A stretch of 64,000 nucleotides of DNA from Nanobdellati archaeon (GCA_027007025.1 JALTFL010000004.1:4773-68772); one strand, 5' to 3'; positions 49,983 to 61,015 are shown, counted from the stretch's first letter. The notes: a model not told the origin generated them from the sequence alone. Numbers and translations: made by a program.

Positions 49983-51152
49983 TTCGCCGTCAGTCAACCC
50001 AAATTCTTCCTTGATATGTTTCTTCTTGACTTTCTTTGTCTTTATCAAAATCTTTAACAGGGGAACATAATCCTTCAAAAAGACGCTTGATGAAACATGA
50101 AATTTGGGGGCTATCTTTCTGGATGTTGATTTCATAGAACTTCTTAAATTTTTGCTCTGCGACAACTTAAGGAGCCTTGATGGAAAAGCATACCTCACAA
50201 ATCTCTTGCTCTTGACTGGGGCATTTATATTTATACCTGCAGTGGACAAAATTTTGGCATATTTGTAAAATCCGTAATACTGCCTACGCCTTATCCTGCC
50301 TAAAAATACATCGCTTCTGGAAACATTTTCATAAGCACCAGCAATAGTTATTGGATTTGTGTACTCATTGCAGATGTTCTCAGAAACCCATAGTATACCA
50401 GTATTCAAATCTATGTCCGCTACATCAAACACAATAAGCACGTCCATCGAAAATGGAGACTTAAATATTTTCTGCATTGCTGAGAAGACATTCTTTTTTA
50501 TATTCCTGTCGCACAAAAAGACATTGTCCTTTGTAAGTTTATTGTCAATTGCAATCGATGCTTCCAAATCATTTATTGCTGCCCTTAAATCTCCGTCTGA
50601 AGATTTAGCGAGCAATTCAACTGCGCTATAATCATACTCAATTCCTTCTGAGTTAAGAATTGAAATTAACTTAGCCATAATCTCCTTGTAAGTCAGTTTT
50701 CTGAACTCAACCTTTTCACAATACGGACGTAAGAATTTAAACTTTTGATTCCAAAAATCAAGCCCAATAACAACAACAGGCACACCAGACTTTCGTATAA
50801 GCTCTGCTACTTTAGCAATAGAACGTGAATTTAGAGAATCTATTCCATCTATCAAAACCAATCGTTTTTTCCCAAAGATACTGGCGGTGTTTATAGAGTT
50901 ACTTATTAAGGAATCCATTTTTTCTGTATCTCTCAAATCGTCCGCCGTAAGTTGTATTACTTCATAATCCATTTCTTTTATTATCACACGAATTGAAGCC
51001 GTCTTGCCGACGCCCGGCTGTCCAAATATAAACAAACCCTTTTTCTTTTTATGTGACTCTAAAAAATTGATAATTTTAGATATAGCCAGCTTTTGCCCTA
51101 CTATCTCATCTATCTTCTTTGGAGAATATTTAATCAATAAATTTGTCATCAT
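49962..51152 (-). CDS. rfcL: Replication factor C large subunit
   Basis: Walker A FGQPGVGKT, AAA+ clamp-loader layout, lysine-rich C-terminus. Confidence 0.8.
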   Translation of the reverse strand: MMTNLLIKYSPKKIDEIVGQKLAISKIINFLESHKKKKGLFIFGQPGVGKTASIRVIIKEMDYEVIQLTADDLRDTEKMDSLISNSINTASIFGKKRLVLIDGIDSLNSRSIAKVAELIRKSGVPVVVIGLDFWNQKFKFLRPYCEKVEFRKLTYKEIMAKLISILNSEGIEYDYSAVELLAKSSDGDLRAAINDLEASIAIDNKLTKDNVFLCDRNIKKNVFSAMQKIFKSPFSMDVLIVFDVADIDLNTGILWVSENICNEYTNPITIAGAYENVSRSDVFLGRIRRRQYYGFYKYAKILSTAGININAPVKSKRFVRYAFPSRLLKLSQSKNLRSSMKSTSRKIAPKFHVSSSVFLKDYVPLLKILIKTKKVKKKHIKEEFGLTDGELTLLAK

Positions 51153-51766
51153 ACCAAACCGTTTTTCTTAAGAATTTTCATAAGTCTGTCCATATCAAGC
51201 TTTCCGGAGCCTTTTATCATTTCTAAATCCGAAATATCGTTTTCGTCGTCGTTGTTCATTTTTGAAAAGTAAATTTCTTCCAAAGGCGCGACTCTAAAAA
51301 ATCCTTTCCCACTCTTTCCTCTTCCGAAGTAACCCCATATTTCCTTGACATCGGAATCAAAAATGCTTTTTGAAAATACCATCTCTTTATCATTATAATT
51401 CAATGTATAAGATTTTCCATCAAATTTTCCTAAGACAATGTTTATCCTTATATCTCCACTTGGTGATGATTTTTTAGATTTTATAACATCTTGAGTTATG
51501 GAATAAATTGTGTAATTCATCTTGAAAAGAAGTTCAAGAATTTTGTTTTTCGCAGAAGCGTCCGAAATTATAATCCCCGTTGGAACGTGTTTTGTTTGTA
51601 TCCCTCTGGCAAGAAGGGCATATTCACCAAAGACACAGTATTTTATCTTCAGGGTATCAAATAAATTCCCCATTTTAGTCATTTCTTCTAGACATGCCCT
51701 TTCCAACTTTTGCTTATCCACAAACATTTCAATCAACCGCCGCGAATTGAGCAAGAAGAGACTCAA
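51149..51766 (-). CDS. Hypothetical protein inserted between rfcS and rfcL
   Basis: 205 aa; overlaps the rfcS stop and the rfcL start; no recognisable motif. Confidence 0.4.
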   Translation of the reverse strand: MSLFLLNSRRLIEMFVDKQKLERACLEEMTKMGNLFDTLKIKYCVFGEYALLARGIQTKHVPTGIIISDASAKNKILELLFKMNYTIYSITQDVIKSKKSSPSGDIRINIVLGKFDGKSYTLNYNDKEMVFSKSIFDSDVKEIWGYFGRGKSGKGFFRVAPLEEIYFSKMNNDDENDISDLEMIKGSGKLDMDRLMKILKKNGLV

Positions 51767-52679
51767 TTTGAAGATACTCGTCAGAACCTTCCACTATCCT
51801 AAACTCATATTCCCCAATCTTGTCTATCAATTTTATTTTCTTCCTATCATCAATATCCATATCCCAAACAATTTTGTTTATCAACTTTATGACATCCAAA
51901 CCGCTTAATCCATATTTTAACATAACATCAAGCATCCTGTCCTTCGCTTTTTTTATGTCTCCTTTGACCGCAGTCTCAAGAATCTCCTTCATCTCTTTTG
52001 GCTTTGCTATCCCTGCAACCGAATAAACAGATTCTTCAGAAATATTTTTGTCCAAAGCCGAACAGCTTTGAAGTATGTTTGTAACTTTTCTCAAATCACC
52101 ATCGCTTGAGTCAATTACAGCTTGAATTGCCTTGTCATCAATTTTTAGTTTTTCCTCTTTGGCAATCCTATTTATGTAATTCTTGACATCTTCCTCACTC
52201 AAAGGTTTAAATCTGAAAACAACACATCTTGATTGGATTGGAAGGATAATTTTTGATGAATAATTACAATCCAAAATGAATCTACAGGTTGTAGTATATT
52301 TTTCCATCATCCTTCTGAGAGCGTGCTGAGCTTCGCTTGTGAGGGCGTCGGCTTCGTCAAGAAGGATAATTTTAAAAGGTGCATCAATGGGCTTTGTTCT
52401 CGCAAAGTCCTTTACTTTTGTGCGTATCATATCAATACCCCTCTCATCACTCGCGTTCATCTCAAGGAAGTTTGAGTGCCAATTGTCTCCAAAAAGCTCC
52501 TTAGCCATAGCCATTGCACACGTGGTTTTTCCAACTCCTGCTGGTCCAGCGAAAAGAAGGTGTGGCACATTCTTGTTTTTTACAAAAGCAGAAAGCCTAT
52601 TCACAATCTCCTTCTGTCCAACCACGTCATCTAGTTTGGAAGGGCGGTATTTTTCTGTCCAAATTTCAAGCTTATCCAT
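51729..52679 (-). CDS. rfcS: Replication factor C small subunit
   Basis: FAGPAGVGKTT, LLDEADALT, SRC motif QSRCVVF. Confidence 0.9.
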   Translation of the reverse strand: MDKLEIWTEKYRPSKLDDVVGQKEIVNRLSAFVKNKNVPHLLFAGPAGVGKTTCAMAMAKELFGDNWHSNFLEMNASDERGIDMIRTKVKDFARTKPIDAPFKIILLDEADALTSEAQHALRRMMEKYTTTCRFILDCNYSSKIILPIQSRCVVFRFKPLSEEDVKNYINRIAKEEKLKIDDKAIQAVIDSSDGDLRKVTNILQSCSALDKNISEESVYSVAGIAKPKEMKEILETAVKGDIKKAKDRMLDVMLKYGLSGLDVIKLINKIVWDMDIDDRKKIKLIDKIGEYEFRIVEGSDEYLQIESLLAQFAAVD

Positions 52680-52773
52680 GATAATTAATCAAAAAGACAC
52701 TACATTAAAACTTTTGCGGAAAGGTTAAAAACTAAGGGAAATCTTTATAGCATCTGAGCATTTTGGTGATTTT

Positions 52774-55700
52774 ATGAAAAAGTATAGCCCCAAGGAAACA
52801 GAAGAGGAAATACTTAAATTTTGGACTAAAAATAAGATATACAAAAAGCAGAAAGAATTGGGCAAGGATGGTCCTAAATTCTACTGGCTCTGCGGTCCGC
52901 CTTATACTTCGGGAAAATTCCACGTAGGGCACTTCTGGAACTATGCTTCGCTAAAAGACCCGCTGTTTAGATACAAAAGAAAACAAGGTTTTGACGTTTG
53001 GGACAGAGGTGGATGGGACATGCACGGACTACCCACTTCTAGAAAAGTCATGGCAAAGCTCGGCATAAAAACAAAAGACGAAATCGAAAGCTTTGGAGTA
53101 GGAAAATTCGTAAAAGAATGCGAAAATTTCTCAAAAGAAACAATGGAAAAGATGACAAAAGATTACGTGAGATGGGGTGTCTGGTTCGACCACAAAAATG
53201 CATACATGCCTATCACAAACGACTTCATGGAAGGCGTATGGTGGGGCATTAAAAAGGCATGGGAAAATGGATTTTTGTATGAAGGCAAGAAAGTTATGGC
53301 ATGGTGCCCTGAAAGCGAAACAGTCGCGGCAAAACACGAGCTGGAGTACAAAGAGGTTACTGATGATTCGATATTTTTGAAATTCAAAATCAAAGGGGAG
53401 GAAAAAACATTTCTCGTTATATGGACGACAACGCCGTGGACAATACCATTCAATCTTGGCGTGATGGCAAATCCGGATATAACCTATACTTATGCAAGGG
53501 CGGGCGACGAAACATGGATTGTCGCAAAGGAACTTCTTGAAAAAGTTTCAGAAGTTGCAAACATCAAATTGGAGCCCATCAAAGAAATCCAAGGAAAGGA
53601 ACTTGAGAGTATTGAATATGAACCTTTCCTAAAAGATGATATCCCAAAAATCAAGGAGTTACAAAAAGAAAACAAATGGGCATTCAAAGTTCTCCTATCA
53701 AAAGAATACGTCGAAACTACTTCGGGAACAGGACTCGTGCACTGTGCTCCAGGATGTGGTCCTGAAGATTATGAAGTGGGACGGAAATATAAACTCCCTG
53801 CCTTCAACGAAGTTGACTCAAAAGGATATTTTCCTAAAGATATGGGTGTTTTCAGCGGATGGAGAGCTAGATTTGATGACAAGAAATTTATACAATTCTT
53901 CAAAGAGAAAGGGAACCTTGTCGCCGTCCAAAAATACAAACATGAGTATCCTTTCCATGAGCGCTCAAAGTCACCAGTTATATTCAGGACAACAAAGCAG
54001 TGGTTCTTCGCAGTGGAAAAAATAAAAGACAAACTTTTGAAGTGGAACAAAAAAGTGAAATGGATTCCAAAGTGGGCAGGTGAAAAAACATTTGACAATT
54101 GGATTGCAAACCTCAAGGATATAAGCATAACAAGGCAGAGATATTGGGGGACACCTATTCCCATATGGAAATGCGAAAAATGTGATAACTATACTGTTGT
54201 TGGCTCGCTTGACGAATTGAAAAAACTCTCAGGAAAGAAGCCAAAAAGCATGCACAAACCATGGATAGATGAAATTACATTCAAATGCGACAAGTGTGGA
54301 GGCACAATGAAAAGGATTCCTGACATCGGCGATGTTTGGTTAGACGCAGGATGCACATCATGGATTTCATTGTATTTCCCGCAAAGAAAGGACTTAATGG
54401 AAAAGTATTGGCCCGCAGATTTCATACTCGAAGCAAAAGACCAGATAAGAGGGTGGTTTAACTTGCTCTTTGATACAGCAGGTGTCACGGGACTTGGAAT
54501 TCCTTTCTTAAATTCTTACATGACTGGTTGGGTAAACGATGCCAAGGGAAGAAAAATGTCCAAGAGTCTTGGCAACATCATCGACCCGTATGAAGTCGTC
54601 GATAAGTTTGGAACGGACACAGTCAGGTATTATATGATGGGTGCGGCGCAGCCAGGAGTTGACATGAACTACAACCACCGCGACATAGAAGTTAAGTTCA
54701 GAAACATTTCAATCCTTTGGAATATTCACAACTACTTAATTGACTTTGTTAATACAAATAAGTTGAAACTGCCTAAAAATCCAAAACTTGGAATTGAAGA
54801 AAAATACATCCTTTCTAGGACGCACAGCACAATAAAGAAAGTTACTGAGTTGTATGACAATTACAAATTAAACGAAGTGCCCATTGAAATCGAAAAATTA
54901 TTCCTTGACTTAAGCAGAGTATATATCAAATCCATTAGGGACAAAGCAAGCAGCGGAACAAAAGAGGAAAAAGAAGCAGTCGCATTTGCGATTTACGAAA
55001 GCTTAATCGCTGTTTTAAACATGTTTGGAACTGTGGCGCCTTTCGTTTGCGACAAAATGTATCAAAATCTTAAGCCCGTTTTTAATCTTAAACAAAAGTC
55101 AATCCAGCTTTTCAAGTGGCCAGAGGCAAACGAAGAATTAATAGATGAAACTATTGAAAGAAGCGTTGAAACTGCTAACGAGATAATAACAGGCATTCTC
55201 TCAATAAGAGACAAAAAGGGAATTGGCGTGAGATGGCCGCTAAGCAAAGCTCTTGTTTACTCCAATGACGAGCTGAACTTGGACAAAATAAAAAGTATTA
55301 TCCTTAATCAAACAAATGTTAAAGAGATAAAACAAATCAAACGCTCGCCGGAGTGGATAAAACTTCAAATTAAGGTGCGACATGGCAACCTCGCCAAGAA
55401 ATTCAAGGGACTTGAGCCAAAAATAGTCGGCACGCTGATTCAAATGAGCCCGGAATCCGTTAAGTCAAAACTAGATAAGGAAGGTAAGTTCGAAATTGAT
55501 GTCGACGGGGAAAGATATGAGGTGAACTCCAATGATGTATATATAGAGGAAATAATGCCTGAAGAGTGGGGCAGCGTCAATATGACAAATGGGAAGGTAT
55601 ATCTCAATTTATCCCAAAACAACGAACTTCTTGCGGAAGGATTCGCCCGTGAAATAGCGAGAAGAATACAGGATTTAAGAAAGGAGCTAAAACTCAGCAA

Positions 55701-55905
55701 AACCGACAAGGCTAGAGCTACAGTAATCATCTCAGATGATAAACTAAGGAGTAAAATAAAGCCATATCTGTCAAAATTGGAAAATAAAACAGGAACTTCT
55801 ATAAGTGTTATTGCTGAAGGCACGCCAAATGAAAAAGTTACAAAAGAGATTAAAATCAAAGGAAAGCACATAATCGTTGGATTATCCCCTAAAAAAATTT
55901 TATAA
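52774..55905 (+). CDS. ileS: Class I aminoacyl-tRNA synthetase, most likely isoleucyl-tRNA synthetase
   Basis: HIGH-type FHVGH, GWDMHGLP, KMSKSLGN; 1043 aa is typical of archaeal IleRS; LeuRS not fully excluded. Confidence 0.6.
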   Translation: MKKYSPKETEEEILKFWTKNKIYKKQKELGKDGPKFYWLCGPPYTSGKFHVGHFWNYASLKDPLFRYKRKQGFDVWDRGGWDMHGLPTSRKVMAKLGIKTKDEIESFGVGKFVKECENFSKETMEKMTKDYVRWGVWFDHKNAYMPITNDFMEGVWWGIKKAWENGFLYEGKKVMAWCPESETVAAKHELEYKEVTDDSIFLKFKIKGEEKTFLVIWTTTPWTIPFNLGVMANPDITYTYARAGDETWIVAKELLEKVSEVANIKLEPIKEIQGKELESIEYEPFLKDDIPKIKELQKENKWAFKVLLSKEYVETTSGTGLVHCAPGCGPEDYEVGRKYKLPAFNEVDSKGYFPKDMGVFSGWRARFDDKKFIQFFKEKGNLVAVQKYKHEYPFHERSKSPVIFRTTKQWFFAVEKIKDKLLKWNKKVKWIPKWAGEKTFDNWIANLKDISITRQRYWGTPIPIWKCEKCDNYTVVGSLDELKKLSGKKPKSMHKPWIDEITFKCDKCGGTMKRIPDIGDVWLDAGCTSWISLYFPQRKDLMEKYWPADFILEAKDQIRGWFNLLFDTAGVTGLGIPFLNSYMTGWVNDAKGRKMSKSLGNIIDPYEVVDKFGTDTVRYYMMGAAQPGVDMNYNHRDIEVKFRNISILWNIHNYLIDFVNTNKLKLPKNPKLGIEEKYILSRTHSTIKKVTELYDNYKLNEVPIEIEKLFLDLSRVYIKSIRDKASSGTKEEKEAVAFAIYESLIAVLNMFGTVAPFVCDKMYQNLKPVFNLKQKSIQLFKWPEANEELIDETIERSVETANEIITGILSIRDKKGIGVRWPLSKALVYSNDELNLDKIKSIILNQTNVKEIKQIKRSPEWIKLQIKVRHGNLAKKFKGLEPKIVGTLIQMSPESVKSKLDKEGKFEIDVDGERYEVNSNDVYIEEIMPEEWGSVNMTNGKVYLNLSQNNELLAEGFAREIARRIQDLRKELKLSKTDKARATVIISDDKLRSKIKPYLSKLENKTGTSISVIAEGTPNEKVTKEIKIKGKHIIVGLSPKKIL

Positions 55906-55948
55906 ACTTTACCCTTCTTTATAAAGCAACGAATTTTCTGGTGATAAG

Positions 55949-56602
55949 ATGATTAAGACAATAAAAAAGAAAAAAACAGCTTCTAAAAAGAGAACTGCTA
56001 AAAAAACTGTAAAAAAAACAACTAAAAAAGCAGTCAAAACCGCATCTAAAAAATCAACAAAATCCAAAAAACCGACATATACAATCCAAAATGTTGTGGC
56101 TTCAGCAAGCTTACACCATGATATCCCTCTTGAAAAGGTAACAATCAAACTCCCAAACACGGAATATAATCCCGAACAGTTTCCGGGATTAGTATTGCGA
56201 TTGATGAAAGGAAAAACGGCACTTATATTCTCATCCGGAAAGATAGTGTGCACCGGAGCGAAGTCAGAAACAGAATTGAAAGAAACTGTAAAGATGATTA
56301 TAAAAGAACTAAAAAAAGTAAACATAATAATACGCAGGAAACCGGACATTACAATCCAAAATATGGTTGCGTCAGGCGACATAAATATGACATTGAACCT
56401 CAACAAGCTCGCATTCAAGCTTGAAAACGCAGAGTATGAACCTGAACAATTTCCAGGACTTGTTTACAAAGTCCCAAATTCACACATAACTTTCTTGCTG
56501 TTCGGCACAGGAAAAATAGTCTGTACCGGCGCTAAAAATGAGAAGGAAATAAAAGACGCAATTCATAAATTGGTACTAACACTCAAGAAGATAAGTAAAT
56601 AA
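55949..56602 (+). CDS. tbp: TATA-box-binding protein with about 40-aa lysine-rich N-terminal extension
   Basis: Two TBP direct repeats (IQNVVASASL...GKIVCTGAKSE and IQNMVASGDI...GKIVCTGAKNE) preceded by a K/T/A-rich tail. Confidence 0.85.
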   Translation: MIKTIKKKKTASKKRTAKKTVKKTTKKAVKTASKKSTKSKKPTYTIQNVVASASLHHDIPLEKVTIKLPNTEYNPEQFPGLVLRLMKGKTALIFSSGKIVCTGAKSETELKETVKMIIKELKKVNIIIRRKPDITIQNMVASGDINMTLNLNKLAFKLENAEYEPEQFPGLVYKVPNSHITFLLFGTGKIVCTGAKNEKEIKDAIHKLVLTLKKISK

Positions 56603-56632
56603 TGTTCTCTTTGAGATAAACTATAAGGGGTA

Positions 56633-58681
56633 TTGCTCATGAACGAGAAAGCAGCTAGTTTTGAAGATGGGGTAATCGAAAAATTCGAAGAATTCATTAA
56701 CAAAAGGTATCTTTCCAATTTAAGCACAGCCCTAAACACGGGCATGCATTCTCTGATTGTGGATTTTACCGAACTTGACAAGTTCGACCCCGAGCTCACA
56801 GATTTTCTCATTGAACAACCCGAAGATGCTATAAAATTATTCCAGTCAGCACTCAAAAGAATCGAAATGGTTCCTGAAGATGAAGAATTAAACATCAGGT
56901 TCTCAAACATTCCCGAGAGCAAAAGAATTCTCATAAGAGATATACGAAGCAAACATATAGATAAAATGGTTTCAATTGAAGGACTCATAAGACAGGCATC
57001 AGATGTTAGGCCTGTCTCAAGAATTATAACCTTTGAATGTCCTGCATGCGGAACTAAAATTGATATGCCCCAATCCGGAACGACAATCAAAGAACCAACA
57101 GTTTGTGTGAATTGTGGAAGACGTGGAAAGTTCAAATTAGTCGATAAAACATTAGTTGACACACAAAGAATTGTTTTAGAAGAATCACCTGAACAACTTG
57201 CAAGCGATGCTCAGCCAAGAAGAATGAGCATTTTCTTAACTGACGATTTGGTGGACCCAAAAATTGAAAAGAAAACTGTCCCAGGTAGTAGAGTTATAAT
57301 TACGGGTATCGTAAAAGAAATACCAATTGTGGATAGGGGAACAAAAAGCACGAGATTTGATTTGATAATAAATGCAAACAACATTGAGCCTTCCGAAAAA
57401 GAATTTGACGAGATAGAACTCACACCAGAAGACAAAAAAATAATAGAAGACATGTCAAAGGATCCCTTGATAAATAAAAAATTGATAAACTCAATAGCCC
57501 CAAGCATTTATGGATATGAAACCATCAAAGAAGCAATTGTTCTGCAATTGTTTGGTGGGATAAGGACAAAAAGGCCTGACGAAACGAATGTTAGAGGAGA
57601 TATACACATTTTATTAGTCGGAGACCCTGGTGTAGCTAAGTCACAATTGTTGAAATATGTCTCAGCTGTGGCACCAAAGGCTAGATACGTATCAGGAAAA
57701 GGCGCAAGCGGCGCGGGATTAACTGCATCCGTAGTCAAAGATGAATTCTTAAAAGGATGGTCCCTTGAAGCAGGAGCTATTGTCCTCGCGAACAAAGGTA
57801 TTTGCTGTATAGACGAAATTGACAAGATGGAAAAGGAAGATAGGGTTGCAATGCACGAAGCGATGGAACAACAAACAATCACAATCGCAAAGGCAAATAT
57901 ACACTCAACCCTAAGAGCAGAAACGACAATTCTCGCGGCGGCAAACCCAAAGTTCGGAAGGTTCGACCCTTACAGGCCCATCGCGGACCAAATTGACATG
58001 CCACCAACCTTGATTTCAAGATTTGATTTAATATTCCCAATTAGAGATATCCCTGACAAAGATAGAGACAGCAAACTTGCAGAACATATACTTTCATCAT
58101 TCAGAAAACCCGAGAAATTAGTTCCGGAAATATCCCCTGAATTAATGAGAAAATATATCGCATACGCGAAGAGGTACATACATCCAAAACTTTCTAAAGA
58201 AGCATCTGATGAAATAAAATCCTTTTTCGTTGGACTCCGTTCTCAAAAGAGTAGAGGTGATGAGGAACTTAAACCAATCCCAATATCGGCAAGACAACTT
58301 GAAGCTATGGTAAGATTATCACAGGCATCCGCCAAAATTAGACTCAGTAATATAGTGGAAGGAAAAGATGCGAGAAGAGGAATTAGAATTATGAAATACT
58401 GTCTAAACAAAGTGGGGATGGATACAGAGACAGGAGAATTAGATATTGATAGAATTGCTACAGGTATATCCACTTCCCAAAGAAATAAGATAATGACTGT
58501 GAGAAACATAATCAGAGAATTAGAGTCGAGATACGGCGCCAATGTTCCTCTAGCAGATGTCATCGATGCGGCAAAATCAAAAGGAATAGATGAATCCCGT
58601 ATAGAAGAGATTATTGAAAAGATGAAAAGAAGCGGCGAACTTTTCGAACCAAAGCACGGCGTAATAAGACGCATGCCCTAA
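56633..58681 (+). CDS. mcm: MCM replicative helicase
   Basis: Zinc finger CPACG...CVNCG, Walker A GDPGVAKSQLL, Walker B CIDEIDKM. Confidence 0.9.
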   Translation: MLMNEKAASFEDGVIEKFEEFINKRYLSNLSTALNTGMHSLIVDFTELDKFDPELTDFLIEQPEDAIKLFQSALKRIEMVPEDEELNIRFSNIPESKRILIRDIRSKHIDKMVSIEGLIRQASDVRPVSRIITFECPACGTKIDMPQSGTTIKEPTVCVNCGRRGKFKLVDKTLVDTQRIVLEESPEQLASDAQPRRMSIFLTDDLVDPKIEKKTVPGSRVIITGIVKEIPIVDRGTKSTRFDLIINANNIEPSEKEFDEIELTPEDKKIIEDMSKDPLINKKLINSIAPSIYGYETIKEAIVLQLFGGIRTKRPDETNVRGDIHILLVGDPGVAKSQLLKYVSAVAPKARYVSGKGASGAGLTASVVKDEFLKGWSLEAGAIVLANKGICCIDEIDKMEKEDRVAMHEAMEQQTITIAKANIHSTLRAETTILAAANPKFGRFDPYRPIADQIDMPPTLISRFDLIFPIRDIPDKDRDSKLAEHILSSFRKPEKLVPEISPELMRKYIAYAKRYIHPKLSKEASDEIKSFFVGLRSQKSRGDEELKPIPISARQLEAMVRLSQASAKIRLSNIVEGKDARRGIRIMKYCLNKVGMDTETGELDIDRIATGISTSQRNKIMTVRNIIRELESRYGANVPLADVIDAAKSKGIDESRIEEIIEKMKRSGELFEPKHGVIRRMP

Positions 58682-58707
58682 CCCACCTTCTCTTTAGAAA
58701 AGAGAAG

Positions 58708-60042
58708 TTGGACCAAGAGAAATGTGATATGATGAGTGAAAATATTCCATACGATGCAATTGAAAAAAAAGATTCTGAGATTTTCAAGTACTTAAATCTT
58801 GAAGTTGAAAGACAAAAGGAAGTTCTCAACATGATTCCTTCCGAGAATTATGTCTCAAAGGCTGTGCTTGAAGCCAGCGGAAGTATCCTAACAAACAAAT
58901 ACGCTGAAGGTTATCCAGGAAAAAGATATTACCAGGGCATGTCAAATGTCGACGAGATTGAAAAGATTGCAATCGAAAGGGCGAAAAAACTTTTCGGGGC
59001 AGAGCACGCAAATGTCCAGCCATACTCTGGAAGCCCGGCGAACGCGGCAATTTATTACGCTCTTTTGAAACCCGGAGACAAGATAATGGGAATGCGACTC
59101 GACATGGGCGGACACCTTACGCACGGGCACAACGTCAATTTCTCGGCGCGTTTTTACAAGTCAACACCTTATGTTCTCGACAAGGAAACCCAAATGCTTG
59201 ATATGGACGAAATAAGAAAACTTGCAATCAGAGAAAAACCGAAATTGATAATTTCTGGTTATACAGCATATCCGCGAAAAATTCCATTCAAGGAGTTTCA
59301 TGAGATAGCTGAAGAAGTCGGCGCGTATTCAATGGCGGACATTTCCCACATATCTGGATTGATTGTCGGAGGCGTTCATCCTTCACCTTTTCCATTCACG
59401 GATGTTGTCATGACAACAACACACAAGACGCTTAGAGGTCCACGCGGGGCAATTATTCTCTCAAAAAAAGAGGACAGACTCGCGAATGTTGAAGGGCTTG
59501 ACGAAAAGAAGGCAAAAAGGGCAAAGAATCTCGCCTTGAAAATTGACAGGGCTGTTTTTCCCGGACTGCAGGGAGGACCACACATGAACGTAATCGCCGC
59601 GAAGGCAGTAGCCTTTGAGGAGGCAATGACGCCGGAGTTCAAGGATTACGCGAAACAGGTTGTAACAAACGCAAAAGTGCTTGCGGAAACTCTTCTTGAC
59701 AACGGCGTAAAACTTGTTACTGGCGGAACTGACAACCATTTGATTTTAATTGACTTGACACCTATTGGCGTCGGGATTGGAAAGGAAGTCGCTGTCGCCC
59801 TTGAAAACGCGGGCATAGTCGCGAACATGAACACAATTCCATACGACCCGTCAACGCCGTTCAAGCCGTCGGGATTGAGAATCGGGACTCCGCTTTTGAC
59901 AACACGCGGAATGAAAGAGGAAGAAATGCAAATAATCGGCGAGTGGATTTCAAGAATAATCCTCAACAGAAAAGACGCCGCGCTCCAAAAGAAAACAAAA
60001 GAAGAAGTCAAAGCGCTCTGCGAGAAATTTCCTTTTTACTAA
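58708..60042 (+). CDS. glyA: Serine hydroxymethyltransferase
   Basis: PLP-lysine motif TTTHKTLRGPRG. Confidence 0.9.
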   Translation: MDQEKCDMMSENIPYDAIEKKDSEIFKYLNLEVERQKEVLNMIPSENYVSKAVLEASGSILTNKYAEGYPGKRYYQGMSNVDEIEKIAIERAKKLFGAEHANVQPYSGSPANAAIYYALLKPGDKIMGMRLDMGGHLTHGHNVNFSARFYKSTPYVLDKETQMLDMDEIRKLAIREKPKLIISGYTAYPRKIPFKEFHEIAEEVGAYSMADISHISGLIVGGVHPSPFPFTDVVMTTTHKTLRGPRGAIILSKKEDRLANVEGLDEKKAKRAKNLALKIDRAVFPGLQGGPHMNVIAAKAVAFEEAMTPEFKDYAKQVVTNAKVLAETLLDNGVKLVTGGTDNHLILIDLTPIGVGIGKEVAVALENAGIVANMNTIPYDPSTPFKPSGLRIGTPLLTTRGMKEEEMQIIGEWISRIILNRKDAALQKKTKEEVKALCEKFPFY

Positions 60043-60059
60043 AAATAAAAAAGTTTGAA

Positions 60060-60350
60060 TTACTTTCGCAAATATTCACTCTTCTCTTTCAAAGCATTGA
60101 CATATGCTCCAAGGATTTCTTTTGCACCTTCAGATAATCTATATTTGTCATTCTCTATCAAATTCTGTACATACGCTGTAACAAGTGCATATGCACCATC
60201 TAATTTGATACCTTCAGGTGCATTATCCAACGCTACAACTGCTAATGGGAGAATCTGTAAATCTCTTGGTAGTCCTTTCTCCGAAAGAGCTTCAACATCC
60301 CTCAAAAAATCTGAAAGTTCCTCTTTATTCTTTTCAGTCATATCTATCAC
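60060..60350 (-). CDS. Hypothetical protein
   Basis: 96 aa, helical, no motif recognised. Confidence 0.35.
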   Translation of the reverse strand: MIDMTEKNKEELSDFLRDVEALSEKGLPRDLQILPLAVVALDNAPEGIKLDGAYALVTAYVQNLIENDKYRLSEGAKEILGAYVNALKEKSEYLRK

Positions 60351-60397
60351 CCTATGCTCACTAAAAAGTAGTAATATTTAAATATTTCGATAGTTAA

Positions 60398-61015
60398 ATG
60401 ACAAGTATGGTATTCACAGAAAAATCATTAGAGGAATGTCTTGAAGAAATTGGATTTGATAAAGATAATTTAGTTAAGCGAAGATTATCAGATCGTGAAA
60501 GAGAGCTATGGAAAATTTCAACAGGAGAATATCCTGGAGAATATAGACTACCTCATTTAATAGACGTTACTTCTCCGCCAATCCGTGGGGATATACACAA
60601 ACAAATATTAGATGGTGGAAGTTTAGAAATAAACTATTCAGTAAATGTAACATTAGATAGCTATATAAGCGAGCTGAAAGACGTTGACAAGATAGCTTTT
60701 ATCTTTCTAAAAAAGCTACCAAAAAGACCGGACATCTTTTTCTTTTCCGAAGTTTTTACCAACTGCATAGAATGGGGAAATGACAACGAGGGAAAGCTAG
60801 ACATCCACATATGGGCCACCAACAAAGGAAGTCTAACTGCGATCACTCAAAAGAACGAATGGGACTATAAGAAGTATATCAGCGATTTCAAAAATGAAAT
60901 AGCAAAACCGAAAGGTGGAGGAGCGGGAATGTGGGTAATTGACAAAAGTCCCTATGAAGTTGGATATACAAACAACGGCCGAACCACATACATTTTAATA
61001 ACAAAAAAATGGTAA
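60398..61015 (+). CDS. Hypothetical protein
   Basis: 205 aa, no motif recognised. Confidence 0.4.
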   Translation: MTSMVFTEKSLEECLEEIGFDKDNLVKRRLSDRERELWKISTGEYPGEYRLPHLIDVTSPPIRGDIHKQILDGGSLEINYSVNVTLDSYISELKDVDKIAFIFLKKLPKRPDIFFFSEVFTNCIEWGNDNEGKLDIHIWATNKGSLTAITQKNEWDYKKYISDFKNEIAKPKGGGAGMWVIDKSPYEVGYTNNGRTTYILITKKW

